Made by a program: the position numbers and the translations under genes. The notes under the pieces were generated by a model that saw nothing but the letters and a program-made list of their open reading frames with translations, had not been told where the DNA came from and did not search any database. A stretch of DNA of 37,153 nucleotides, taken from positions 1 to 37,153 of the forward strand of contig MU626447.1 in assembly GCA_025603075.1 (NCBI GenBank), written 5' to 3'. This DNA is from Neoconidiobolus thromboides FSU 785. Its lineage: Eukaryota; Fungi; Entomophthoromycota. Of the stretch, positions 12,392 through 24,210 are shown piece by piece. How positions within the stretch are numbered: position 1 is the first letter of the stretch; each line of letters opens with the position of its first letter.

Positions 12392-13298
12392 TTAAAACCA
12401 AAGTCTTTCAGCCATGGAAATAAAATATAAATCTAATAATAAAGTTTGTTTATCAGCCCCCAAAAAAGCAGCAATATTATTAATAGCTGAAATAGGTAAA
12501 TTAAGAAATTGATTTAATAAATCCCCATCTAAAAAACCTTTTAAGGGATTTCTTTTTAATCGATAGTTATTGGAAATTAATCTAATATAAAATTAAAATG
12601 TAAATAAAAATTGAATTAAGAAATATTGAATTAATTGATGAATTATTGTTATTACCTATAAGCTCTTGTATTTAAGCCAGCTAAATTTTGTATATTACTA
12701 ATTAAACTATTTTGTAATAATTGTAATCTTCGAAATCTTAATTCATCAATAGGTAATATCATTATGATGGATCCATCTAAAGAACCTATATAAAGATAAA
12801 ATTATTTTGTATTCTTATATTATATTAAGATATATTATTATACTATTATAGTAATAATCTATTCTATTATCATTATTATTTACCTCCTAAATTAAAATAA
12901 GTTTGTTGCTCTACATTAAATGGTAATATAATCCAATTATTAACTGATTTATGTAAATTAATATCACATTGATAAATTAATTTCTGTCCATTGAACGATT
13001 GTAAATCTAAATTAAACATCAAATATTATTAATAAAATTAATACATTAAAATATTACATATTATTATTATATTATGTATTATAAATTGTAACTATAAATT
13101 AATTAAAATAAAACTTACCATTTGGTGAATAAGTCATAATAAACGTATTACCCCCTTGATCATTTAGTAAAAATGATAAATTGTTTTGATAAATTAAAAA
13201 CTGTGTAGAAATGGATGGTACTGCATTAAAATCTTTGCCTAATAATTTTAAAATTGGAGGTTCTTCCTATTAAAATTAAAAAACATTAATATCATATA

Positions 13299-13345
<47 letters not shown>

Positions 13346-14811
13346 TATTTTATATTCTATTTTATATTCTATTTTACTTACTTGAAATCCAATAAACCAG
13401 ATGGATTTGTAAGCATCTCCAACCAATATGAAATTTTTAATAGTAGTAATTGTGTTCACATAAATTTGAACATCTAAAAACGCAACACCATCTAAAGAAT
13501 CCCCTTCTTTTAAAGATCGGATAATTACCTAAAATAAGTAAATAAAAAATAAATAAATAAATATATTATATTATATTATATTATATTATATTAACAAAAT
13601 AATTTTTTAATATTAAATATTACCTTACTTCCTATACAAGTAACTAAATATCCATTTAATCCATGAATAGCTGATACAGTACCTTTGACTTCTTCCATAA
13701 TTAATAATTTTAATTTATGATTAGTAAATGGATTATCAATCTCTGGTACTACTTCAATAATATCAAACAAATAAATCCTTCCTTTAATACTTGTTTCTTC
13801 TCCATGATAAAAAGAAGTAGTAATAGCAACAAATGTTTTTCTAGCTTGAAATTGAGTATCCATATCTACGATTTTACAATCTGTAACATGTTCATCTAAT
13901 TCAAATTTATAATTATCGATGAATTCCCATTTAACCGGCGAAATTAATTCTAAGCTAAACTGTTCTACTTTGGGCATAATTGGTGGAGGGAATAAAGAAT
14001 AAGGATTAGGTTCTTCATTTTCATTTAGAGATTTCAAATAATTTTCATAATCTTTTGTATAATCTCTTAAGTTGGATTGAATTAATACATATTGTTTTGA
14101 TATGGAATGATATTCTATAAAATGAGGTGTTGTTGATATTTCTTTTTTTATTAATCCCCATTCTAATTCAAAGTTATAATTTAAATCCATTTGATTTAGT
14201 TTCAATTCATTATTTTCATTAAAATAAATTAATCCATGTTCACAATCACGATGATGAAATGGTATTATACTTTGCAATTTATTATCTAATTCAATATTAT
14301 ATGTTTGTAAAATATTATGTTCATTATTAATCACCATTTTACTCTTTTCTCCTGAAATTAATATACCTGAATAATTATTAATATTCTCAAAATATCTTAA
14401 TTTAGAATAAATTGTATCTGCAATTTCATCATCATTTTCGATTTTCCTTCTCTTATTTTGATTATTTGTTTTCTTTTTTTCTTCTTTTTCTGATTGATTA
14501 TTATTGTTATTAGTCATTTGCTTATAACTAACATCCTTTAATAAAACTCTATTAAATTTAATAGCTAATCGATTGTTATTCAAATTTTCCTTATTATTAA
14601 TAATATTATAATCTAATAATATTTCATAAATTATAATTTCTTCAATGTCATTTAATAATACTAAATAAATATTATTAAATACTTTATCTTGTCCAAAATG
14701 ATAAATCCCAATTTCTTGAATTTTTGTCTCATAATTTTCAATTTCTTGTAAATTGTTATTATTGTTATTATTATCTTCTACTATTTCTTCAATAAATCCA
14801 TTTTGATATTG

Positions 14812-14853
<42 letters not shown>

Positions 14854-17800
14854 TTGATGTTGAATATTAATTTGATTTCTACCATGACTATTAATTAAAT
14901 TAAAATGTTTTTCTTCATCAGCTAAATCATCTGAAAACAACCAATTAAAATTATCCATTTTCTTAATAGAATAAACCATAGTTAATTTTGGTAATAAATA
15001 AATCTCCAAGTCACCCGAAACTCTTAATAATACTAATAGATATTTAGTTTCACTTTTTTTCTTTAACTTTTTAAATTTTAACTCATTTTCTCTCTCTTCT
15101 TTATCTTCTAAATTTAAATTTTCTTCTTGTAATAAGTCCTTTTCTTTTTCCCCATACAAATCTTCATCATTTTCAAAATTTTCGCTCACTTCTTCGATTG
15201 TTTCCATAATAACCTCTTTACTTTTATAAATTTCATTTAAATCTTCCATTTCATTGCCAAATTTAAATCCATTTCGTTCATCTTTATAAATAAAACTGCT
15301 TGCAATTTTAGCAATCTAAATAAAACAAAATTGTATTAAATAATTAACTCATAATTGCTTGATTATTATCTTAATGCTTACATTAATTTCTTCTTCATTA
15401 TCTTCAATTGAAATAATATCAATCTTATTTAATTGTTTTTGAATTTCAAATAAACTAATACTATCATCTCCTCTTCTTAATAATAAATAAGGTTCAGTAA
15501 CTAAAGCCCAAGTAACCCATTGAGATGTTCTTCTATTTGTTGCTAATGTTCGACTAAATAATTGTTTACCATCTAATAAAAGAAATATCGATTAATATTA
15601 ATACAATACATAGAGTATATATGTTATCATTATTATTGTTCTATTTGTTTTCTTACCTCCATCTACAATTCTAACACCAGTTTTGTAAACTTGAATATAA
15701 GCATTCAATTGTTTTAATGTACCAATATAAATTGTTGGTCCAGTTGTAAAAAAACTAGTATTTTCTACTTGCTGTAACTCATTTCCTGCTTTTAAAATCT
15801 AAATTAAATTAAATTAAATAAAGATGAGTAAAAAGGGCAAATATAAATATAGATAGTTTGATATTTATAATATTATATTAGCATTATGTTAATATTATGA
15901 TGAATTAAACTTACCAACGTTGAATTTTGTTTGGATATAATTAGAAATTGATCAAATAGATGCGAATTTAATTTTAAACTCCATAAATTATCACAATTTT
16001 CCATTGAATAGGTTAATAATTGTTTAAATCTTAAATTTTTCTATATAAAAAAAGAAATTAAAATAAAAAGAAACTAAAATAAATTAATAAAAATACATGA
16101 AGTATTGAAATAGAGCCATAAGGTTCATGTCCTGAACAAATTACTAAATCATTATGTTTTAATTTAGTAGTAGGATTATCTTGTTGCTAATAATTACACA
16201 AATAATTAATAAAATAAAAATAATAAATAGAATAAAATAATTTAATATTCAACTTACTTCATATTCCCAATTATATTCAGAAGAACCAAAGCATAGTTTA
16301 GTAATTGGTGATATATTAATAAAAGTATGTAATAATTCCATTTTATAATGTTGACTTTGTACATTAATTAATGGGTTTTTCTTTTTCAAATTTTTATTCT
16401 TCTTTTTCTTCTCATTCTCGTTTGAGTCCTCATTTTCAATTTCATTTTCCTCCTGCTGATAAAAATCAGGAATAATATCAAATACATCCGATTGATAAGG
16501 GGGTAACATATTTTCTTCTAAATTAACTTTAAGCAATATTGAATCATTAAACAAAGAACCAAGAAATAAAGTGTATTGATTTAATTTTGTAATATTATTA
16601 GTTAATATAGAATTCCCAATTAACATCAAATTAACAAAATTAATCCTCTTTCCATCTAATTTCCAATATAAAATAGCCAATTTCCCATTTTTTAAACTCA
16701 TTAATATTTCTTGAGAATTAATAAAACAATAATGACTTTTTTCTAATGTTATTAATAAACTCATATTTTTATGATATTCAATATCTGATACTCTTGACGA
16801 TAATGTATTAATACTTATATTATATTGATTACTTCCCTGATTTCCATAGATAATAGAAGTACTATTAATAATCAAAAACCCATATGTTGGTTTAGGTAAA
16901 CTTATCAAATATAAACTATCACTTGGTAAATTTTCCATTCGATAAATGATTGGATAAGTTTGATGACTTATATCTAAAGATAATACCATTATACTTATGT
17001 TATCTGGTTTATATGGATTTCTATAAAAGTCATCAATATTACAAATTATTCTATATTATTATTATTATTATTATTACCCGCTATAAGTTACACTTGATTC
17101 ATACAATACAGCTAACGTAGGTGAAAAATAACCATGTAAAAAAGTAGTGTCAATAACTGATTTTAATTTCGGCTCTACTTTAGCTAAATCTATAATAAAA
17201 CTTGGAAGATAAGGTTGTTGACTAAAGAATAATAGAATAATTAATATATTGATTAAAATAGCATTATAATATGTATAATATTATTAGCTTACATGTTTTG
17301 TTCCATTTCGGTTAAAAATAATTCTTCTTTTTGTCTCATTGGTAAGATGGCTAATTGTGTATCATAAAAATTTAAGGCTACACAACGTTGCCCTGGATCC
17401 ACCCGAATTACACTTTTATAATGATTGTTGATAAAATTTTTCTATGAAATTTAGTTAATTCTTATCTATATTTTTAATTTGTTAATAAAAACTTACCTTC
17501 AATTCATCACGTTCATAATAATGAATAGAAACAGTAATAAATTTATTATAATTTAAATGATATTCTAAAATGGATAACTAAATAATTATGTTATTATTTT
17601 TATTATTATTTTTATTATTTTTATTATTAAATATTACTTTAGCATCTTTGAAAGAAATTAATAAATAATCCAGATTATTGGAGTTAGTTGGTATTTTGAT
17701 TGTATCTATTGAGTCTACTTCACCAACTAATATAGTTTGATAGATTAACTTTACTTTTTCAATACCCTAATAAAATAAATAAAATAAAGAATAAAAATAT

Positions 17801-18029
17801 TAGTAATTATTAATAAATTATATAGAATTATAATATATAATAATATCATTCTATTTTAATATATTAAATAGTTAAGTCAACTTACCATTTCATTTTTCCT
17901 TACATTAAATAATTGTAAATAATTTTTACGAATCAAAACCAAATCATTACCATAAAATGCAGTAAATTTACCGCTACAACTATGAGTAACACAGCTTGGC
18001 TTTATTATTTCTTTCGTTATTGGATACAT
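12392..18029 (-). CDS. CFT1: Cleavage and polyadenylation specificity factor 160 kDa subunit (CPSF1/Cft1); ~16 exons
   Basis: Starts MYPITKEIIKPSCVTHSC. Internal beta-propeller segments: LFLGSLFNDSILL, LLHTFINISPIT, FSLELISPVKWEFID, GEETSIKGRIYLFDIIEVVPE, EEVKGTVSAIHGLNGYLVTCIGSK, GVAFLDVQIYVNTITTIKNFILVGDAYKSIWF. Ends RNPLKGFLDGDLLNQFLNL...AERLWF*. Internal exon boundaries are approximate. Confidence 0.92.
13300..13344. repeat. Intronic (ATT)15 microsatellite in CFT1
   Basis: 15 exact ATT units, followed by ~3 copies of CTATTTTATATT. Confidence 0.85.
14812..14853 (-). repeat. Coding (AAT)14 tract encoding poly-Asn in CFT1
   Basis: Translates as QHQ-N14-QYQ within ORF 13591-15249. Confidence 0.9.
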
Positions 18030-18157
18030 TTATTTTATTTTATAACTATTTAAAAGGTAATATTTACTTTTAATAAAAATAAAGTAGAAAATTAGATGAT
18101 TTGGTCTACTTTTTAACTATTAGAAGTAGCCAATAAGATAGCCAAGTTGAACAATAT

Positions 18158-18250
18158 GGGGACGTATTTTTGATTAAGAATTTTACCAACTATTCTACTC
18201 AAATAGCGCTTAAAAGATGGAAAAAGTGATGAAATCAAAAAAACATTCAC
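18158..18250 (+). mobile_element. MITE-like element copy 4 (93 bp), in the CFT1/NECAP divergent intergenic region
   Basis: GGGGACGTATTTTT...AAAAAAACATTCAC. ATAT at 18154-18157 and 18251-18254. Confidence 0.85.
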
Positions 18251-18394
18251 ATATGTATGACAAATGACAAATGACAAATGAAAGTTATTGCTGAGGTGTC
18301 AATTAAAAAAAGTAAAAATAGTAGGAAATCAAGTTACTTTTTTTAATAATATAACAATCCCATTTAAAATATACCAATATATTAATTCAAGAAA

Positions 18395-19532
18395 ATGGAA
18401 AATTATGAAACTGTATTATTAGTAATCTCCCAATGTTTTGGTAACTCGATACATTCTCAGTCTTACTATTTAATCCAAAAATTAACTATTTTATTATCAT
18501 AGTTTATCAAATCCCTCCATTGATCCGAAGTGAAGGACATCGGTAAAAAATCAATTTTCAATTCTCATAAATATTAACAAAAAACTAATCAAACTATTTA
18601 ATTACTAATAATATCTAGAGCCAGCAATTGGAATGTGGAAAATTTTTTATGGAAAGGACGATTAAGGATTTGTAATATCAATGAACAATTAACTATTAAA
18701 TTAGAAGATAGTATTACCGGTAAGTTTATACCCAATTTATTTAAATTTTGAAAAAAACGAACACAAAAAATAAACTATTAATATTAACACTCTATAATTT
18801 TCTAGGTGATCTATTTGCTGCATGTCCTTATGATGATAAAGGTTTAGCTGTTGAGCAAGTATTAGACTCCAGTCGATATTTTGTTATTCGAGTCGAAGAT
18901 CAAGGAAGACATGCTTATTTAGGTCTTGGATTTGAAGATCGATCTGAAGCTTTTGATTTTAATGTTACTTTACAAGATTTTATTAGGTAATATTATTTTG
19001 AATTTATTTCTTAAATATTTTTACAAGACTTATAAAAGTAAAAATTTAGAACAATAATGTTAACTAATTAATGATTTGTTTTTAGACATAAAACTAATGA
19101 GACTGAAGATAAAGCTTTAAATCTACCTGCTGTGGATTATTCTTTAAAAGAAGGGCAGACGATCTCGTTGAATTTATCAGGAAAGGTAAGTGCTATTTGT
19201 ATTAATAATAAGTCTATTTATTTATTTATTTGTTTATTTGTGTTTTTTATCTGCTAGTTAGCTAAAGGCAAACCGAGTACTACAAGTAAGTCCATATATA
19301 ACAAATAACCCACTATTTTTAATATAAAAATTTACTTTCACTTTTATTAGATAATGAAGGCTTTTGTAATGATAATACTAGTAATTTTATTATACCCCCA
19401 CCACCTAAGTCAACAGTAGTTAAACCTAACACAAACAATAATACTAATGAGGATTTTGGTAATTTTCAAGAAGCTGATGAGAATGAAAATGACTTAAAAC
19501 AAGATTCCTTTGAAGGTTGGGCTAAGTTTTAA
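18395..19532 (+). CDS. NECAP: Adaptin ear-binding coat-associated protein (NECAP); 7 exons (18395-18440, 18503-18542, 18619-18719, 18806-18986, 19086-19185, 19258-19285, 19351-19532)
   Basis: PHear-domain motifs VYQIPP...GHRASNW...WKGRLRI...GDLFAACP...[42 protein letters not shown], then [26 protein letters not shown] and C-terminal GWAKF*. Confidence 0.92.
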
Positions 19533-20186
19533 AACAGACTTGGAAGAGGTTATTTTTGATTATTAAAGTTCTAATTTAATATTGTATTATATTGAAGAAA
19601 CCGATTTTTGTTATTATTGAAAATTTTTAGTTGATAATAACAAAATCTACATTAATTCATTTATATTTAATTAGTAATTTTAATTGAGTTTTTATAAATT
19701 AGTTATAATATAGATTATAAGAAGTTTCATTTCATTCAATATAGCCTTTAAGTATCAATAAAAATTCAACTAAATTAATTTATATTTCTAAACACTGAGT
19801 TTTTATCACTACAATTGATACTATCTATTAATATTAGTTGATAAAAATTTCAACAGTTAGACTTGAGAATCAATAATTTATTGTATCATTGATTAATATA
19901 CATATCTATAATTTATTTTTATTTAGTAAAAATTTAGCCCATAATAAGATTAACTAGAAAAATTTGAAAAATAAATATTTAAGGAATTTAATTTATTAAT
20001 AAAATTTGAAAAGGAAAAACAAGTAAATTGAAGTTAAAAAATTTCGTATACTAAACTAAAACTGAACAAAATATTTAAAATTTTACTAAACCTTTAAGTT
20101 CTTGTAACATCAAAGAACAGAAGAAAAGTAACTTTAATGAAGCCTATACAAACAAATCAAATAAGTGAATAAATAAGGTCCCTTCA

Positions 20187-21168
20187 ATCATTCAATTGAC
20201 TACCTTTTCAATATTATCAATTCAAAGCTTGGTTCTTCAAACTAGAATTAAGGGAATAGTGATCAGTATTTGTTTGACACCACAAATAATCTTAATCAAA
20301 CTGGTTTTACTAAAAACTTAAAAGATAGCTGATAGTATCTATATAGACAAAAAGCTGTTCAATGGGCATTGGTTTTATACGTTCCAGTTTCAAGTTGAAC
20401 TTCAGAAAAGGTTAAAAAAGTGTATAAATTTATTGAAACGACATCTTTTGATTTTTTATTAAGTGATTAAAAGTGAATTTATTCTAAAAAGCAAATTCTA
20501 ATACACAAATTAAATTCCCATTAAAGAGCCTTTTTTACTGAAGGGATAAGATTCTGAACTTTGAGTGAAGTTAAAAAAGTAACTTATTCTAACATTTAGA
20601 GCTAACTAGAATAAACGAAGTTGAGTTCCTAATTTAAATGTTCATCAGTTAGAATATTTGGTTGAAAATAGCATTACTGATATTTGGATCCACTTTGGTT
20701 ATAGAAGGACAGTCGATACTTTATTATCAAAAGTTGGAATTAAGTTTAAAGCTTCATTAAAAAAGTAGAAGGATTTGAAAATCTTTATAAAGATCACTCT
20801 TTAAGTGATGCACTTGGTACATTAGCTTCGATCGAACCCAAAAAAGCTATTAATTTAAGCAAAGATAGAATCAAGTTATCCACTTAACGTGAGTCAAGAG
20901 TAGAAGATGTTACTTTTATCGAATTGTTTAATTCTTAGACATTGATAATATCTTGTGTTGTCAATAATAGAGATGTTTCACCACTATTTCCACTTTGTAG
21001 TTTTGGTCATTCTCAATATCCTAATTAAATACTTTTAAAAATGATATTACAACCATTTACAAAGCTAACACTTTAGAAGACCATAGCTGTCCTTTGTCTA
21101 ATAAATGCCTATTAAATTATTCTGATCACTCAACTTATTATAATGACGAAGTTAACATAATGTATTAA
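20187..21168 (+). pseudogene. Class 3 (fungal triacylglycerol) lipase pseudogene, paralog of the gene at 36357
   Basis: Three-frame translation aligns along the whole intact lipase. Examples: LSIQSLVLQ vs LLSQSLISQ; K*LILTFRAN*NKRS*V vs KQIIVSFRGSYNIQNWV; YLVENSITDIWIHFG vs YLVESGGTDIYIHTG; DHSLSDALGTLASIEPKKA...DRIKLST*RESRV...FNS*TL...VVNNRD vs GHSLGGAMATLASIELKKA...DRIELFTYGEPRV...FNSQTL...VVNDRD. Start ATG is ATC; there are multiple stops and frameshifts. Confidence 0.88.
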
Positions 21169-21555
21169 TTTATAATTAACTAGTCCAAAATATTTATTAT
21201 AGCATTATGTAAATTTATAGTCTAAATAAAGTGAAAAATTGTAGAATGTAAATCTTTTTATTTTTATCTATAAAGCCTGTTATTCGTTGATTTATTTTAA
21301 ATAAAAACATAGTTATATATATATGTTATATTATTGTATATTATTTAAACAGTAGAGTTAGATGTTTACTAGCTATAAAAATCAAAATTAAAAAGAACAT
21401 TAAAGTATAAAATTAAAACAAATTATTAGTAAATTATTTTTTATTCGGTGAATTGTGACAAGATATTATATATTATAGAATTCACAAAAAGTTTTATTAA
21501 TTGAATTTTAACAAATTAATAAAAATTGATATTTATATGGTATAATTAATTATAT

Positions 21556-21652
21556 GGGGATATCTTTTTTAATTAGAAAATTTAATATCATTTCTCCTTT
21601 CGATAACCTCGAAAAATGGAAAAAAGCGATCAAACTATAAAAAAATACTCTC
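21556..21652 (+). mobile_element. MITE-like element copy 5 (97 bp, most diverged)
   Basis: GGGGATATCTTTTTT...AAAAATGGAAAAAA...AAAAAAATACTCTC. ATAT at 21552-21555 and 21653-21656. Confidence 0.75.
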
Positions 21653-23999
21653 ATATGTTTTTTTCTCTTTATTTCCTTTTCTCAATATTCAAAGACTACA
21701 GAAGCTTTTTGTTTTTATTAATATACATTAGAGATCAAACAATGTAAAGAAATTTATTGAGACTTGAAGTCGATGAACGGATGTTATGCAGAAAAAGCAA
21801 TAACTTGTCCACCGTTGGATGTTTAAAATCAGATAATCCTAGGCCTAGGAGTATAATAAAGTTTGTTGTTATTGGTCATTCTGGATAAAGAGAACCTGGT
21901 TTTGGTAAGGACAAGGTTAAATCCTTTCTTTATTTTTGATATAAAAACGTTTATAAACTTAGCTCTAATTTTTAAAAATCATAACTTATTATTGCTTAAC
22001 TGAAATTAGCCATAAAAATTAAACTGATAGTTATTAGTACACCGTTAAAATACAAATGTTTAGTGATTAACTGCTCATTTTAAATTAGAATTTTAAGTAT
22101 TCAGTTGTAAATTACCATAACAGACAAATTATTGGTAATAAAAAGTACCACTAGTCACTACATGCTTGTAACAGTTATACTAACCGGACCTTTAGCTTTA
22201 CCCATATCAATTTTAAATGTTAATATTAATCAATGTTTTGTCAATATTTATCTAATAAAGCTATAATACGATACAATAGAACCTAAAACTTAAGACCTAA
22301 AATATTACACAAAGTAGTATTCTTATTCAATATTACTGAAGTTATAAAAAATAAACCAACTATCTTGTACTATTAAGTATAAAATTCAAATAGTAATGTA
22401 GCTGTTACACTTTTATTGCGACCTAATTAACTATTCACTTTAAAACAAACCTAATTTAAAATGTAAGATTATGTTTGAAAAAAACTAAACAGACAAATAG
22501 CTGGAACTAAAAATTATTACAAATTAAATCACAGTAGAACTATGTAGCATTTGAAATAAAATTAAGTTGCTTTAATCGAAATAGAGTTGTAGTTCTAATT
22601 ATTTTTATTTATAAATAGATTTGAAATAAAGAATAATTAGTTATTTAACTCGATCAAAATCTAAGAATATTTTTTTGTCCGGGGATGTAACCAGGGAACT
22701 TATGATAACATCACATCATGAATTATTAAGGTAAATAAAAGTGCCACCAGAATTTTATATAAAAATTGAAAATTCATTAAAAATTTGTTTTACAAAGTTA
22801 CTATTTTTAAAGTTAATGTTTTCAAAATTAATTTAAACTAAGGTGTTTACTGCTTTTTATGTTTAGATATTTGATTAAAAAAGTCCATAAGGTTTGTATA
22901 TTATTGACAAATTTCATTTACATTTATCCGAAAGAACTTTTCATTATATTGTACTAGATATTTAAAGTCTATTTTTATCTAATTCTATTCATTAATAATC
23001 ATAATTGTTAAAAATACAAGTGTCAAATTACCTCATTATTTATTATTACTTTAAAAAAAAGATAAAATAAAAATCAATTTGTTCATTCAAAAACAAAATC
23101 TTTATAGTATATGAAGAAATAAAGTTAAATACAAGTGACAGACTTAAAGTTAATTTTGTTTCATTTTATAGCTTTGTGTGTAGCCTTTCCTAAAAATGAA
23201 TTTATAACGTTGTTATGAGTATTGCTATCGTTATCAAAATTTTTCCTATTTGTGGTTGGTTGCAACAAGTGGAATAATTTCTACTATTTAATGGGTTGAG
23301 AACCCTGTTTTAAAAAATCCTTGCGTCTTAATTTTAGAACAATTTATTTAAATACTACTGTATAATGATTTATAAATATGATTTTATTATGAAAATTGGA
23401 AAAACAAAAGAATAAAATAAAATAATAAGAGTTAATGCTTTCAACCCTTACTATCTATTATAATATCACAAAGTAATTATTTATGGACAGATTTACTTGA
23501 TGAACCCATATTATCCTCTTATCTTATTAATTTTCATAACTGAAATATTATTGGATTGGAAAGAATTCTAGTAACACACAATTAATTAAAGCAGAGTCTC
23601 TTTGAACATTAATTAGCCCATATTTCCCATAAGTTCACGTGCAATAAGTTCAATTTTTCAGACCCTAATTTTAAAGAAAATTCCATAAGCAATATTCTGT
23701 GATTAATTTTGAGTTAAAATGATTAATATTAAAACAATTAATATTAAATTCAAATGATTAATATAAAGTTAGATTAAATAAATATATTAATCAATTTAAT
23801 ATATGAAAATATCAATGATTAATATTATATATTTTTTAATATGCTCATTTTATTCTTTTTATCGGTGATTTTAAGACTTAAATATTGATTAAGGAGTGGT
23901 TCGAAAGTTATGCACATCCTTCAAATTTCCATTTTCATCTTTTTATTTAGAATCTGAGCATACATTATTGGCTTAAAGCTTAAATCATGATTAAATTCT

Positions 24000-24018
24000 A
24001 ACCGAGCTTAAAAAATAA
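24000..24018 (+). promoter_or_regulatory. Candidate conserved upstream element AACCGAGCTT(R)AAAA(A)TAA of PH paralog 1
   Basis: A near-identical sequence lies at a similar distance upstream of paralog 2 (-211 vs -235 from ATG). Function is inferred, not shown. Confidence 0.4.
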
Positions 24019-24210
24019 TGGAATTACCCTCTATAGACATTTCTTGGTGCCCCATTTCTCCGCAGTTTGATTAGAATTTATTTGGCTTTATAAACCACAC
24101 CAAATAAACAAAAGTTTTCTTTTTTATCTTTCTTCAACTCATTAATTTGATCCATTTTCTATCTTTTAACTAATCCAGTAGAAACTAATTTTAATTTTAT
24201 TATTTAAGCG

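Noticed and set aside
2437-18029. U12-type or non-canonical introns
   Set aside because: Donors I traced are GT with U2-type context; I saw no GTATCCTT/ATATCCTT donor. CFT1 junctions were traced only approximately.
915-19532. Functional gene cluster among ETR1, ECD, VPS8, PP2Ac, CFT1 and NECAP
   Set aside because: Unrelated pathways; VPS8 and NECAP are both trafficking genes but adjacency is unremarkable.
20792-20977. RIP as the cause of lipase pseudogene decay
   Set aside because: Relative to the intact gene I count 24 G>A/C>T, 14 A>G/T>C and 12 transversions in mixed dinucleotide contexts. This is a mild AT drift, not a RIP signature, and the comparison is unpolarised.
22681-22689. GGGGATGTA matching the MITE left end
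   Set aside because: No AWAT flank, no internal core and no right TIR.
23715-23840. Repeated ATGATTAATATT-like words with palindromic look
   Set aside because: Near-pure AT low-complexity sequence; matches expected by chance.
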